Virus record (IMG/VR): IMGVR_UViG_3300006921_000011
Span: 5,882-69,881 of that record
Source of the DNA: a virus
Length of the DNA stretch: 64,000 nt
Reading direction: 5' to 3' (one strand)
The position numbers and the translations under genes are program-made. A model generated the notes under the pieces. That model searched no databases and had not been told where the DNA came from. It saw nothing but the letters and a program-made list of their open reading frames with translations. Shown here one piece after another: positions 47,916 through 58,760 of the stretch (positions are counted from its first letter, which is position 1; each line of letters starts with the position of its first letter).

Positions 47916-48538
47916 TCGATGAGTATTTCGATAAAATATATTGTGTAAACCTTGATGAAAGGAAAGATAGGTGGGAACAGGCTAAAAAAGAATTTGATAA
48001 ATTAGGAATAGAAGATGTTACTAGATTTTCAGCTGTTAAACATGAAAATGGTGCTATTGGTTGTAGGGATAGTCATTTAGGAATTATTAGAGAAGCTAAA
48101 GAATTAGGACTAGATAATGTTTTAATATTTGAAGATGATTTATTAGTCTTAGATGAACATGTTGATAAGATACATTTGGCTTTAAAAGATTTGGATACTG
48201 TGGATTGGGATTTGTTTTATTTTGGTGCTACGGTTGACCCTAATGTGGGTAGACTACAAAGAGCTACAGATAATTTAGTTCTTACGAACTGGGCTTATAC
48301 TACCCATGCTTATGCAGTACCCTCTAGACTATTCGATTTTATTTTAAATGAAGCACCAAAACACGGAATAATAGATGTTTTTCTATGTAGAGCTGTTGTT
48401 CCTAGAGGAAAAACTTTTATCATGAATCCTTTGTTGTGTATACAACAAGAAAGTTACAGTGATATAGAAAAACATCACGCTGACTACTGGTGGATGGTAA
48501 AGTTTTTTAATAACGTATTAGAAAAAGAAAATAAATAA
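47906..48538 (+). CDS. GT25 glycosyltransferase
   Basis: YCVNLDERKDR, RFSAV, GCRDSH, IFEDD, THAY. Confidence 0.88.
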   Translation: MGVIDEYFDKIYCVNLDERKDRWEQAKKEFDKLGIEDVTRFSAVKHENGAIGCRDSHLGIIREAKELGLDNVLIFEDDLLVLDEHVDKIHLALKDLDTVDWDLFYFGATVDPNVGRLQRATDNLVLTNWAYTTHAYAVPSRLFDFILNEAPKHGIIDVFLCRAVVPRGKTFIMNPLLCIQQESYSDIEKHHADYWWMVKFFNNVLEKENK

Positions 48539-49221
48539 TGGCATATAATCACGATAAAGGTACCTGTTGGTACAATGAGAACACCTGTTGTTATATTGGT
48601 GTACCTAAAACCGCTTCCACCACTATGAGAAGAGTTTTTAGTTTAGATAATGTAGATAATTACCTACAACCAGAGAATGGTGACATAAAAAAATTAGACT
48701 TAATTACTATTTTTAGAAACCCATTAGATAGGTTAGTGTCCGCTTATAATGAAGTAGTAAAACGAGGAGGACACCCAATAGAAGGTGAAGGAATAAGAAA
48801 AGCGTCTTTTTGGGAAATGCCTGAAGGTAGAGAAAGGTTCTTAACTTTTTTAGATGATGTTGAAGAGGAGTTTTTTGATTCACACGTAGAAGAACAAATG
48901 TTTTATATGACTGATGATAATGAAGAATTATTACCTTTCACTCATATTTTAGATTTCGATAATCTGGATGACCAGTTTATTAATATCTTAGGTTTACGTA
49001 CTACAGAAAATCCAGATTATTTTTTAAAACATGATGGTATGGTACAAATAAGAGTACACCAAAAAAGTAGTGAAGAAGATAAAAAAAGAACTGAGAATTA
49101 TTTAGATGAAAAAATAATAGAAAGAATTAAGAAAATATATGCTAGAGATTTTGATTTTTTTAACTTATTAAATAATCCACAACCAACACCTAAACTTTTT
49201 AATACTAATCTAAAATGGTAA
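48538..49221 (+). CDS. Carbohydrate sulfotransferase (Sulfotransfer_2-like)
   Basis: PKTASTT 5'-PSB and RNPLDRLVSAY 3'-PB motifs; YARDF. Confidence 0.85.
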   Translation: MAYNHDKGTCWYNENTCCYIGVPKTASTTMRRVFSLDNVDNYLQPENGDIKKLDLITIFRNPLDRLVSAYNEVVKRGGHPIEGEGIRKASFWEMPEGRERFLTFLDDVEEEFFDSHVEEQMFYMTDDNEELLPFTHILDFDNLDDQFINILGLRTTENPDYFLKHDGMVQIRVHQKSSEEDKKRTENYLDEKIIERIKKIYARDFDFFNLLNNPQPTPKLFNTNLKW

Positions 49222-49985
49222 CATCTAACCTAATAGGTGGTTTAGGAAATTACCTATTTCAAATAGCAACAGCATATTCTTTAGCGAGTGACAATAAAGA
49301 TACAATAATGTATGACCCAGAAAAAAGTGTTATTGTACATAATCACATTAGTACTTATATGGATAATATACTTTCTAAGGTGCCTTTTGGAGAGGTGAGG
49401 GTAGACCATGAGTATGAGGAACCCCACTTTCACTACTCTCCTATTTCCTATAAAAACAACTTAAAAATAAACGGATACTATCAAAGCGAAGAATATTTTA
49501 CACATAATAGAGATAAAATATTAGATTTATTTTCATTTGATTCATCTCACCTCACTTTAATTGATGAAAAATATGGTGAGTTATTAAAAACTAAAACTTG
49601 TGCTATCCATGTAAGGAGAGGCAATTATCTAACCCTACCCAACCATCACCCTGTTTGTAATTTTGATTACTACCAACACGCTATTTCATTAATGCCAAAA
49701 GACTGTGAATTTTTAGTTTTTTCGGACGATTTAGAGTGGTGTAAAGACAATTTTACCAATATAGATAGAAGGTTCCACTATATAGAAAACAATGTGGATT
49801 ATATAGATTTATTATTAATGTCAAAATGTGACAATAATATAATAGCAAATTCTAGTTTTTCATGGTGGGGTGCTTGGTTAAATAACAGTAACACCAAATT
49901 AGTTGTTGCACCTAAAAGATGGTTTGGGAATGCTATTAACCATAATACTGAAAATTTAACACCAAAAACATGGATAAGACTATAA
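49215..49985 (+). CDS. GT11 alpha-1,2-fucosyl/colitosyltransferase
   Basis: GGLGNYLFQ, GYYQSE, HVRRGNY, FSDD, NSSFSWWGAWL. Confidence 0.93.
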   Translation: MVTSNLIGGLGNYLFQIATAYSLASDNKDTIMYDPEKSVIVHNHISTYMDNILSKVPFGEVRVDHEYEEPHFHYSPISYKNNLKINGYYQSEEYFTHNRDKILDLFSFDSSHLTLIDEKYGELLKTKTCAIHVRRGNYLTLPNHHPVCNFDYYQHAISLMPKDCEFLVFSDDLEWCKDNFTNIDRRFHYIENNVDYIDLLLMSKCDNNIIANSSFSWWGAWLNNSNTKLVVAPKRWFGNAINHNTENLTPKTWIRL

Positions 49986-50719
49986 GAGCAAAAACATATG
50001 GATGTTTAGAACCGGAATTATATTTTAACAAAAGTGTTAGTATTTCCTCCGATACTATAGAACGTGATACTAATGCAGAATTTAAAGTATTATTACAATT
50101 AGAACCACCAAGTATTGTAGACTTAACCACACCTATAATCCAAAACCAACATTACTTTGATTTGATTTTGGCGTGGAAACAAGAAGTGTTAGATGCTTGT
50201 GAAAATAGTGTATTTCTTCCTTTTGGTTCTTGTTGGATTGAGGATGAAGACCACGGGGTTCATGAAAAAAATAAACTTGTATCTATTATTGCTTCTCAAA
50301 AAAACATAACTATAGGTCACAAATTACGTCACTCTATTATAGCTACAGATAAAACATTAGATTTATTTGGGAGAGGCTATAAACCTATCGATAATAAAAT
50401 TACAGCTTTAAAAGATTATATGTTCTCTGTTATAATAGAGAACTCGACAACTAAAAACTATTTTAGTGAAAAAATAGTGGATTGTTTAATCACTGGGACG
50501 ATTCCTGTTTTTTGGGGTTGTGAAAATATTGCGGACTTTTTTGATGAAAGAGGTTTTATATTTTTCAACAGTGTTAAAGAATACAAACAAATAAGAGATA
50601 GTCTCACCAAGGAAAAATATTTAGAAATGTTACCGTTTATTCAAAAGAATTATAAACTCTCTTTAAATTATATTAAATTTGCTAAAAGAGTAGAAAAAGA
50701 AATTAATAAAAGACTATAA
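49970..50719 (+). CDS. GT10-like (alpha-1,3-fucosyltransferase-like) glycosyltransferase
   Basis: YMFSVIIENS...YFSEKIVDC...TIPVFWG. Confidence 0.8.
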   Translation: MDKTIRAKTYGCLEPELYFNKSVSISSDTIERDTNAEFKVLLQLEPPSIVDLTTPIIQNQHYFDLILAWKQEVLDACENSVFLPFGSCWIEDEDHGVHEKNKLVSIIASQKNITIGHKLRHSIIATDKTLDLFGRGYKPIDNKITALKDYMFSVIIENSTTKNYFSEKIVDCLITGTIPVFWGCENIADFFDERGFIFFNSVKEYKQIRDSLTKEKYLEMLPFIQKNYKLSLNYIKFAKRVEKEINKRL

Positions 50720-50720
50720 G

Positions 50721-52208
50721 ATGAAAGAAAAGGTATTGGTAATTATGGGACAACACAGAAGCGGTACGTCCGTTCTTTCAGGTTGTTTAAAGATATTGGG
50801 AAGTTACTTAGGTGCTGACTATCAAGAAGAAAAAGACCAGTATAATGAAAAGGGATATTTCGAGGGTAAGTGGACAGACCATATTAATAATACTATTTTA
50901 AATAAGGTAGGTATGGAATGGAACCATGCGATTGATTTACCCAACAACTGGTACAACCACCCAAAACTAGAGGAATTGTATGGTATAGTAAGAACTCACA
51001 TACTGAAAGATTTAGAAAATAAACCAGAAGGAAGTTTCTATACTATAAAGGACCCACGAATCTCATTAATCTTACCTTTTTATATTAGAGTGTTTCAGCA
51101 GTTAAATCTGGACCCTAAATTTATATTTTCCGACAGAGAAAATAGTGAGATGATAGAATCTTTAGTTAAAAGAGATAATTTAAATCCTGATTCCCTTGAG
51201 CCTTTACTTAACTACCACCGACTTTATTGTAGAAAATACATTGGTGAGGAAGATATAATTTGGACCCACACATTTAAAAATATACTATACAAACCCATAA
51301 ATTTTTTAAGTTATATTATAAAAAGATTTGATTTACCTAATAACATTAATGATAAAACTAAAAAAGAAATATTAGATTTCATTGATGTAAAATTAAAACA
51401 TCACCACACTAAAACTAATGTTAAAGTTATATGTACCTATTTTGGTCAGAGAAGAACTAATGTTGTCTATGGTCGTAGTGATACCCATAGTGGTCACATA
51501 CCAAAACATTCTGGGGTAGAAAATACTATTAATTTTGTAAAAAATTTATTAGAGTTTGAGCGGGTGGTAGATTCTGGGGTGTTTATGGATACAATCCTTA
51601 TCAATCACGATGTAAGTGATATCACCAAAGATGAAACTGCTAAAAAATTCTTAGAAGAAATAGACGGTACCCCAACTAGAAACGGAGTGATAAAAGTAAT
51701 AAATAGACCTTTTAATAATGGTATTGGTGGTGGTTTTGGTTCGTTTAATCACGTTTATCAGAAATACAAAGAAGATTACGAATATTGGTATTTTACAGAG
51801 GATAATGTGGTACAAACTAGAGATTTTTATTTTATCCAATCTATAGTACAATTAAATGAAGATGAAAGGGTTGGTTTTATCTGTGGATACAGACACACGC
51901 CTTTAAGAGATAATCCCCACCCAAAAATGCATTGTCATGGAGGTTGTGGTGCTACCCACATATCTCATTTAAATAAAGTAAATGACTCTCACGGTTCACT
52001 ATCATATTATGGTGAACCATTTAATGAAGCTATGTTAGAAAATATTAACGATATGGAGGCTTTTGGAAGTCATGCTTGGGCATGGTACCGTGGGTTTGAG
52101 GATGAGGGAGAGGTAGGTTTTACACATACTTTTATTGAAGCTGGTCTAGTATTACAAGATATACAAAGAGATGATAAATTTTGTTGTTATTATGGAGACT
52201 GTTACTAA
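50721..52208 (+). CDS. Sulfotransferase-like P-loop domain fused to a GT-A-like domain
   Basis: GQHRSGTS, NEKGYFE, KDPR in the N-terminal half; GGGFGSFN and FTEDN in the C-terminal half. Confidence 0.7.
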   Translation: MKEKVLVIMGQHRSGTSVLSGCLKILGSYLGADYQEEKDQYNEKGYFEGKWTDHINNTILNKVGMEWNHAIDLPNNWYNHPKLEELYGIVRTHILKDLENKPEGSFYTIKDPRISLILPFYIRVFQQLNLDPKFIFSDRENSEMIESLVKRDNLNPDSLEPLLNYHRLYCRKYIGEEDIIWTHTFKNILYKPINFLSYIIKRFDLPNNINDKTKKEILDFIDVKLKHHHTKTNVKVICTYFGQRRTNVVYGRSDTHSGHIPKHSGVENTINFVKNLLEFERVVDSGVFMDTILINHDVSDITKDETAKKFLEEIDGTPTRNGVIKVINRPFNNGIGGGFGSFNHVYQKYKEDYEYWYFTEDNVVQTRDFYFIQSIVQLNEDERVGFICGYRHTPLRDNPHPKMHCHGGCGATHISHLNKVNDSHGSLSYYGEPFNEAMLENINDMEAFGSHAWAWYRGFEDEGEVGFTHTFIEAGLVLQDIQRDDKFCCYYGDCY

Positions 52209-52996
52209 TGATTTCTATTTGTATACCCACATATAATCTTAAAGGAGATAAACATGATGAGAGTTATAATAATCTCACTATGTTGATTGACTTATTTAGA
52301 AGTATTGAAATTCAAACATATACTAACTATGAGGTTATTATATCCGACCACTCAGTTGATGGTAGTATTAAAGAAATTTGTGATATGTGGGCTGATAGGA
52401 TTAATATAAAATATTTTCTAAATGAAATAAACCATGGTAGTTGTGAGGCTAATCTTAATAATGCAATACTAAAAGCTAAGGGAGATTATATAAAACCTAT
52501 GTTACAGGATGATTATTTTAGTTCACCAGAGTCTCTAACGATTTTAGTTAACACATTAAAAAATAATAAGAATAAATGGATAGCTTGTGGTTGTTTACAC
52601 ATTAACGAAAATGACCCTACACCATTTAATCCCCACCCACCTAGATTAAATGACCCACGACAGTTATTAAATGGTATAAATCTTATTGGGAGTCCAGTGG
52701 TTGTGATGTATAAAAAAGAAATGGATTTATTGTTTGACCATAACTTAATTTGGTTAATGGATGTTGAGTTTTATTATAGGGCTTTAAAGAACTATGGTCC
52801 TCCCATTCTTATAGATGATATGTTACTAATAACCAGACTAAGAAAAGATGGGATAACTAATACTATGATAACTCAAGATATTATTGATGAGGAGACCGAC
52901 TACTGTAATCGTAAAAATATAGATGGTGTAAATATTAACCTAGAAGACTACCCATCGATGAATAAAAGAATTAAAAAATTCAAAGGTCTTGATTAA
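52208..52996 (+). CDS. GT2 glycosyltransferase
   Basis: ISICIPTYN, EVIISDHS, LQDD, DVEFY; ATG coupled to the previous stop (TAATG). Confidence 0.88.
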   Translation: MISICIPTYNLKGDKHDESYNNLTMLIDLFRSIEIQTYTNYEVIISDHSVDGSIKEICDMWADRINIKYFLNEINHGSCEANLNNAILKAKGDYIKPMLQDDYFSSPESLTILVNTLKNNKNKWIACGCLHINENDPTPFNPHPPRLNDPRQLLNGINLIGSPVVVMYKKEMDLLFDHNLIWLMDVEFYYRALKNYGPPILIDDMLLITRLRKDGITNTMITQDIIDEETDYCNRKNIDGVNINLEDYPSMNKRIKKFKGLD

Positions 52997-53107
52997 TCCC
53001 TATAGACCTGAAAAAAACGAAGGAAAAACTTTATTTCATATAAAAAATAGAGTATGATTATAATGAAAAACAATACCCTTTAATGGGAAAAAGAAAAGTA
53101 AAAATTT

Positions 53108-54301
53108 ATGAAAAGAGAACAAATTAATTTATTTAAAGTAAGAATGTCAAAAGAAGCTGCAATCGATGCTTCTAAAATTTTAAATTCTGGGTATATTGGA
53201 CAGGGACCCGTAGTAGATGAATTTGAAGAAAAATTAAAAGAAAGGTTTAAAACTGATTATGTTGTAACAACTAATGCTGCAACTTCTGCAGAACACTTAG
53301 CTATTCACATGTTAAAAACACCTAACACAATAAGAAAAGATGTACAGGAATATGGTTATGGTGTTCAATCATATTGGCCTGGTATTGAAGAAGGTGATGA
53401 AGTACTTGCAACCCCACTAACTTGTACCGCTACTAATTTTCCAATCTTAGCTAATGGTATGAAAATTAAATGGGTGGATGTAGATGAAAAAACCTTAAAT
53501 ATGGATTTAGATGATTTAGCAAGAAAAATCACACCAAAAACAAAAATAATTTTTGTTGTTCACTGGGGTGGTTATCCTCTAGATTTAGATAAACTTAAAG
53601 AAATACAAGAACAAGCAAGAAAAGATTTTGGATTTAAACCGGCAATTATTGAGGATTGTGCTCACTCCTTTGGTAGTAAATTTAAGAATCAACCTATCGG
53701 TAGTCATGGTAATATTTGTACTTTTAGTTTCCAAGCTATTAAACATATGACTACCGTAGATGGTGGGTGTTTAGTTATTCCACATCAAAAACTCTATAAT
53801 CGAGCTAAATTATTAAGATGGTATGGAATAGATAGAGAAACTAATAGTAAAGATTTTAGATGTGAAGCAGATATTCCAGAATGGGGTTTTAAATTTCACA
53901 TGAATGATGTTAATGCTTCTATTGGGTTGGCAAACTTAAAAGAGGTGGATGAAGAAGTACTTGCTAAACATAGAGCCAATGCAAAATTCTATGACGATAA
54001 TCTTAAAAATGTTTCAGGTATTACATTATTAGAAAGAGATAAAAGAATGGATTCTTCGTTTTGGATATATTCTTTTTTAGTGGATAGGAAAAGTGATTTT
54101 ATGGACTATATGAAAGAATGTAAAATAATGGTTAGTCAAGTACATGAAAGAAATGATATACACTCCTGTGTTAGAGAATTTAAAACTCAATTACCTACCT
54201 TAGATAAAATCCAACCTCGTTTGATTTCTATACCTGTTGGTTGGTGGGTAACAGAAGATGATAGACAATACATCGTTGACTGTATAAAAAAGGGATGGTA
54301 A
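53108..54301 (+). CDS. DegT/DnrJ/EryC1/StrS sugar aminotransferase
   Basis: VHWGG, IEDCAH, FSFQAIKH (PLP lysine), DGG. Confidence 0.92.
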   Translation: MKREQINLFKVRMSKEAAIDASKILNSGYIGQGPVVDEFEEKLKERFKTDYVVTTNAATSAEHLAIHMLKTPNTIRKDVQEYGYGVQSYWPGIEEGDEVLATPLTCTATNFPILANGMKIKWVDVDEKTLNMDLDDLARKITPKTKIIFVVHWGGYPLDLDKLKEIQEQARKDFGFKPAIIEDCAHSFGSKFKNQPIGSHGNICTFSFQAIKHMTTVDGGCLVIPHQKLYNRAKLLRWYGIDRETNSKDFRCEADIPEWGFKFHMNDVNASIGLANLKEVDEEVLAKHRANAKFYDDNLKNVSGITLLERDKRMDSSFWIYSFLVDRKSDFMDYMKECKIMVSQVHERNDIHSCVREFKTQLPTLDKIQPRLISIPVGWWVTEDDRQYIVDCIKKGW

Positions 54302-54513
54302 TGGCTGTAGATTTAGAATCATCAATAAAAGAACAAGGACAATGGGTTACTAAGATAATTCATTTTGTCCATGGAGAAAAAAGAACTATAGAAGGAGTCC
54401 ATACATATACCGTTAGACAAGGACAATTCACCAAATTTAAACTAAAAGATAATAGTTACCTTATGGTGAATGATAAAAACGTACTCATGATAGAAGTATT
54501 TAGTGAAAAATAA
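54295..54513 (+). CDS. Hypothetical protein
   Basis: Tightly packed ORF. Confidence 0.6.
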   Translation: MVMAVDLESSIKEQGQWVTKIIHFVHGEKRTIEGVHTYTVRQGQFTKFKLKDNSYLMVNDKNVLMIEVFSEK

Positions 54514-54518
54514 AAATT

Positions 54519-55109
54519 ATGCCATATTCAACAGAAACATATTTAGAACCAAAACACATTGTATCTTCATACAATGTTAATGATATAGGGAGAGACCTAT
54601 ACGATTTAGTAATTCAACACAAACCATTAAAAATAATAGATTTTGGTGTCCTCTATGGGTACTCAACCGTTTGTCTTGCACAAGCTGTACATGATAATGG
54701 TTTTGGTGAAGTAATAGCTTATGACCTTTTTGAGGATTATGAATACAAAAATGGAGTTAAAGAAGTGGTAAAACACAATCTAGACTTTTATAAGTGTTCA
54801 CATTTAGTTAAATTAGAACAAAATGATTTTTTTAAATGGTTGGAAAACCCAACTCCTTTTGACTTATTACATGTGGATATCTCTAATACTGGAGATATAT
54901 TAATTGATATCAAAGAAAAACTGGGTAAATTTATTGACGATGGTTCTATAGTAGTTTTTGAAGGTGGTGGTCAAATAAGAGATGAGGTAGAGTGGATGGA
55001 AAAATATAATGCGACCAAAATGTTTCCTCTAAGAGAAACACTAAACTATAAAGTCTTAAGAGATGACTATCCTACTCTTTCCGCTTTTAAAAATAATAAA
55101 ATAAACTAG
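54519..55109 (+). CDS. Class I SAM-dependent methyltransferase
   Basis: IDFGVLYGYST, AYDLF, FDLLHVD. Confidence 0.8.
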   Translation: MPYSTETYLEPKHIVSSYNVNDIGRDLYDLVIQHKPLKIIDFGVLYGYSTVCLAQAVHDNGFGEVIAYDLFEDYEYKNGVKEVVKHNLDFYKCSHLVKLEQNDFFKWLENPTPFDLLHVDISNTGDILIDIKEKLGKFIDDGSIVVFEGGGQIRDEVEWMEKYNATKMFPLRETLNYKVLRDDYPTLSAFKNNKIN

Positions 55110-55110
55110 T

Positions 55111-55656
55111 ATGTCCCCAATCTCCCAACTAGGGCAAGAAGTTTTTGTCCTTAATCAAACTAACCACAAAAAAGAAGGCACATTTGTAGATATTGGTGGT
55201 GGACATCCAGAACTTATTAATAACACATTAACCTTAGAGAAAGATTATGAGTGGAAAGGAATATCTTTAGATATTGGTCCACCTTATACACATGAATGTG
55301 ATAAAATGACTACTGAGGAGTATATTGATTTATGGAACTCTCGAAGAAACACCCCAATAATAATTGGTGATGCTTTAAAAATAGATTTTATAAAACTTTT
55401 CGAGGACAATTCTTTACCAACCACTATTGATTACTTATCTCTAGATTTAGACCCTCCGTTGGTGACTTACGAATGTCTTAAACGTCTTCCTTTTGATAAG
55501 TATAAATTTAATATTATTACTTTTGAAACTGATTACTATAGAGAAAAGAACACTAGGGGACCTTCTAGGGAATTATTAGTGAGTCATGGATATAAGCTTT
55601 TATCCACAATGGGTGGACAATTAGAGCAAGAAGATTGGTATATTAGAGAAAATTAA
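55111..55656 (+). CDS. FkbM-like methyltransferase
   Basis: SQLGQE, FVDIGG, NNTLTLE..WKG, IDYLSLD, EDWY. Confidence 0.8.
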   Translation: MSPISQLGQEVFVLNQTNHKKEGTFVDIGGGHPELINNTLTLEKDYEWKGISLDIGPPYTHECDKMTTEEYIDLWNSRRNTPIIIGDALKIDFIKLFEDNSLPTTIDYLSLDLDPPLVTYECLKRLPFDKYKFNIITFETDYYREKNTRGPSRELLVSHGYKLLSTMGGQLEQEDWYIREN

Positions 55657-55658
55657 AT

Positions 55659-56798
55659 ATGATAAAATTAGTAAACGACACTATAAATGAAAAAGATATT
55701 GATAAGTTAATTGAGTGGTTAAAAACTTATCCTAGATTAACTAAGGGACCTTTAACTTTAGACTTTGAGAAAAAATGGTCAGAGTGGTTAGGTTCTGATT
55801 TTACAATATTTTGTAATTCTGGTTCCTCAGCAAATCTTCTAATGTTGTGGGCACTTATTGAATGTGAACGAATTAAAAGAGACGCTAAGATAGTAGTTCC
55901 TTCAGCATCTTGGGCAACTGATTTAGCACCTGTAATACAGTTAGGGATGACACCAATCCTATGTGATGCAAACCTACAAGACTTATCTGTAGATTTAGAC
56001 CACCTAGAAAGAATATTTAAAGAAACTAATCCAGATGTTTTATTGTTGGTTTCTGTTTTAGGGTTAGTACCAAAAATGGAAAAAATTGTAGAGTTATGTG
56101 AGGAATATGATGTAATATTATTAGAAGATACTTGTGAAAGTATGGGTTCTACATTTGAGGATAAAAAACTGGGCACTTTTGGTTTAATGTCTAGTTTCTC
56201 TACATATTTTGGTCATCACATGTCTACTATAGAAGGTGGGTTGATATCTACAAATGATGAAGAATTGTATGAAGTATTAAAATGTATTAGAAGTCATGGA
56301 TGGGATAGAGATTCTAGTAAAGAATATAGTGAACATTTAAGAAGTTCTTGGGGCACATCGGATTTCGACGCTCTCTATACTTTCTATCACGCTGGATTTA
56401 ATTTAAGGTCTACAGACTTACAGGCATTTATAGGAATGGGACAAATAGACAAATTAGATAAGATATGTGAAAAGAGGAATAAAAACTTTAAAATTTATAA
56501 CGAGTTACTCTCAGATTTTTTACCCTATATTACAGATAATGGTTTTATATCTAATTTTGCTTACCCCGTAATAACTAAAGATAGAGATAAAATTATTAAA
56601 AAGTTACAAGATGCTAACATAGAGGTCAGACCTATGATTTGTGGTTCAATGGGCACTCAACCTTTTTATGTAAAAAGATTTGGTAAAAAAGAGTTACCTA
56701 ATGTATCGATGATTGATAGATATGGTTTTTATATTCCTAATCATCCAGAACTTACTAGGAAACAAATAAATAAAATAGTTAATATAATAAAAGAATAA
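55659..56798 (+). CDS. ColD/E1-type PLP-dependent NDP-4-keto-6-deoxysugar 3-dehydratase (DegT family)
   Basis: NSGSSANL, EDTCES, STYFGHHMSTIEGG with His in place of the catalytic Lys, GFNLR. Confidence 0.8.
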   Translation: MIKLVNDTINEKDIDKLIEWLKTYPRLTKGPLTLDFEKKWSEWLGSDFTIFCNSGSSANLLMLWALIECERIKRDAKIVVPSASWATDLAPVIQLGMTPILCDANLQDLSVDLDHLERIFKETNPDVLLLVSVLGLVPKMEKIVELCEEYDVILLEDTCESMGSTFEDKKLGTFGLMSSFSTYFGHHMSTIEGGLISTNDEELYEVLKCIRSHGWDRDSSKEYSEHLRSSWGTSDFDALYTFYHAGFNLRSTDLQAFIGMGQIDKLDKICEKRNKNFKIYNELLSDFLPYITDNGFISNFAYPVITKDRDKIIKKLQDANIEVRPMICGSMGTQPFYVKRFGKKELPNVSMIDRYGFYIPNHPELTRKQINKIVNIIKE

Positions 56799-56799
56799 T

Positions 56800-57852
56800 A
56801 TGAAAGACGGTTGGGTTGAGATTTCACCGGAAGAAACAAATTTAGGTATACTAGATGTAGGTGAAAAACACTATAGAAAAAAAGTTGCATTAATAACAGG
56901 AATAAATGGTCAAGATGGTTCATATCTTGCGGAATTATTGCTTGATAAAGGTTATGAAGTGTGGGGTATCCTTAAAAGGAATTCAGTATCCGAAAATCAA
57001 ACATCTAGAATTCCTGATGATGTATTTAAAAGAATAAATTTAGAATATGGGGATATGTTAGATATGCCTTCATTACTTAAGGTTCTGCAGAAATCAAATC
57101 CTGATGAGATTTATAATTTAGCAGCACAATCACATGTTAGGATATCATTCGACCAACCGGTATATACCACACACTCTATCGCGACAGGAACCTTAAATCT
57201 ACTAGAGTCGATAAAAACTATTTGTCCAAAAGCCAAAATGTACCAAGCTAGTAGTTCTGAAATGTTTGGTAATAATATAGATGAAGATGGTTACCAAAGA
57301 GAAACAACTCCAATGGACCCAGTATCTCCATATGGGTGTGCAAAAGTATACGCTTATAATTTATGTAGAAATTATAGAAATTCTTATGGAATGTTTATAT
57401 CTAATGGCATTCTATTTAATCATGAATCCCCTAGAAGAGGAAGTAATTTTGTAACTGGTAAGGTAGCAAAAGAAGTTGCTAAAATAAAACTTGGTTTGTC
57501 AGACAAATTAAGTTTAGGTAATTTAGAAGCTAGTAGAGACTGGGGACACGCTAAAGATTATGTGGAGGTTATGTGGTTAATGTTACAACAACCAAAAGCC
57601 GATGACTATGTGTGTTCAACTGGGATTTCCCACACAGTACAAGACCTTGTAGAACACGTATTCAATAAGGTTGAGTTGAACTGGGAGGACTATGTAACAA
57701 CTAACGAAAAATATTATAGACCTGAAGAATTAAAACATTTAAAAGGTGATTGTACAAAAATAAAAAATAATTTAAACTGGAACCCTACCTATACTTTCGA
57801 ATCTATGATGGATGAGATGGTAGACTACTGGTTAGATAAACTATCTAAATAA
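56800..57852 (+). CDS. gmd: GDP-mannose 4,6-dehydratase
   Basis: ITGINGQDGSYLAE, NLAAQSHV, QASSSEMFG, SPYGCAK, GILFNHESPRRG, RDWGHAKDY. Confidence 0.96.
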   Translation: MKDGWVEISPEETNLGILDVGEKHYRKKVALITGINGQDGSYLAELLLDKGYEVWGILKRNSVSENQTSRIPDDVFKRINLEYGDMLDMPSLLKVLQKSNPDEIYNLAAQSHVRISFDQPVYTTHSIATGTLNLLESIKTICPKAKMYQASSSEMFGNNIDEDGYQRETTPMDPVSPYGCAKVYAYNLCRNYRNSYGMFISNGILFNHESPRRGSNFVTGKVAKEVAKIKLGLSDKLSLGNLEASRDWGHAKDYVEVMWLMLQQPKADDYVCSTGISHTVQDLVEHVFNKVELNWEDYVTTNEKYYRPEELKHLKGDCTKIKNNLNWNPTYTFESMMDEMVDYWLDKLSK

Positions 57853-57853
57853 A

Positions 57854-58756
57854 ATGAAAAGATTAATTACTGGTGGAAGTGGTCTTGTTGGTTGTACTAT
57901 AGATGCAGAAATAAAGTTAGGCTCTAAGGATGGGGATTTAAGAAATTGGTCTGAGGTTTTACAAGTTTTTGACACTCACAAACCAACCCATGTTATTCAT
58001 GCCGCAGCTAGAGTAGGTGGTGTAGGTGGAAATATAAAAGCTAAAGGAGAATTTTTTACTGATAATATACTAATGAATACTCACGTATTAGAAGCTTGTC
58101 GAATACATAATGTAAAAAAAGTGGTTTCATTTTTATCTACCTGTATATTTCCAGACTCTATTGAGTATCCGTTGACCGAAAAGAAAATTCATCTTGGTGC
58201 ACCACACTGGTCTAATTATGGTTATGCGTATTCTAAAAGGATGTTAGATGTACAAACTGAAGTATATCGTGACCAATATGGAGTAGATTTTGTAAGTGTT
58301 ATACCGACTAACATTTATGGACCAAACGATAATTTTAATTTAGATAATGGTCATGTAATTCCTTCACTAATTCATAAATGTTATTTAGCTAAAAAAAATA
58401 ATACAGAATTTAAAGTGTGGGGAAGTGGAAAACCTTTAAGAGAATTTATTTATTCAAAAGATATAGGAAAATTAACAAACTGGGCCTTGGAGAATTATAA
58501 TGAATCCGAACCAATAATATTTTCAACATCACAAGAAATATCAATTAGAGATTTAGTTGGTCTAATTGTCGAGAGTATGGACTTTAAGGGTGAGGTAGTG
58601 TTTGATACAACCAAACCTGAAGGACAGTTTAGAAAACCCGCAGACAATTCAAAATTAAAAAGTTACTTACCCAATTTTGAATTTACATCAATAGAAGAAG
58701 GAATAAAAGAAACTGTGGACTGGTTTATAAAAAATTATAAAAATTGTAGAAAATAA
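57854..58756 (+). CDS. fcl: GDP-L-fucose synthase / ColC-like epimerase-reductase
   Basis: AARVGG, LSTCIFP, YAYSKR, PTNIYGPNDNF, HVIP, WGSGKPLREF. Confidence 0.93.
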   Translation: MKRLITGGSGLVGCTIDAEIKLGSKDGDLRNWSEVLQVFDTHKPTHVIHAAARVGGVGGNIKAKGEFFTDNILMNTHVLEACRIHNVKKVVSFLSTCIFPDSIEYPLTEKKIHLGAPHWSNYGYAYSKRMLDVQTEVYRDQYGVDFVSVIPTNIYGPNDNFNLDNGHVIPSLIHKCYLAKKNNTEFKVWGSGKPLREFIYSKDIGKLTNWALENYNESEPIIFSTSQEISIRDLVGLIVESMDFKGEVVFDTTKPEGQFRKPADNSKLKSYLPNFEFTSIEEGIKETVDWFIKNYKNCRK

Positions 58757-58760
58757 GAAT

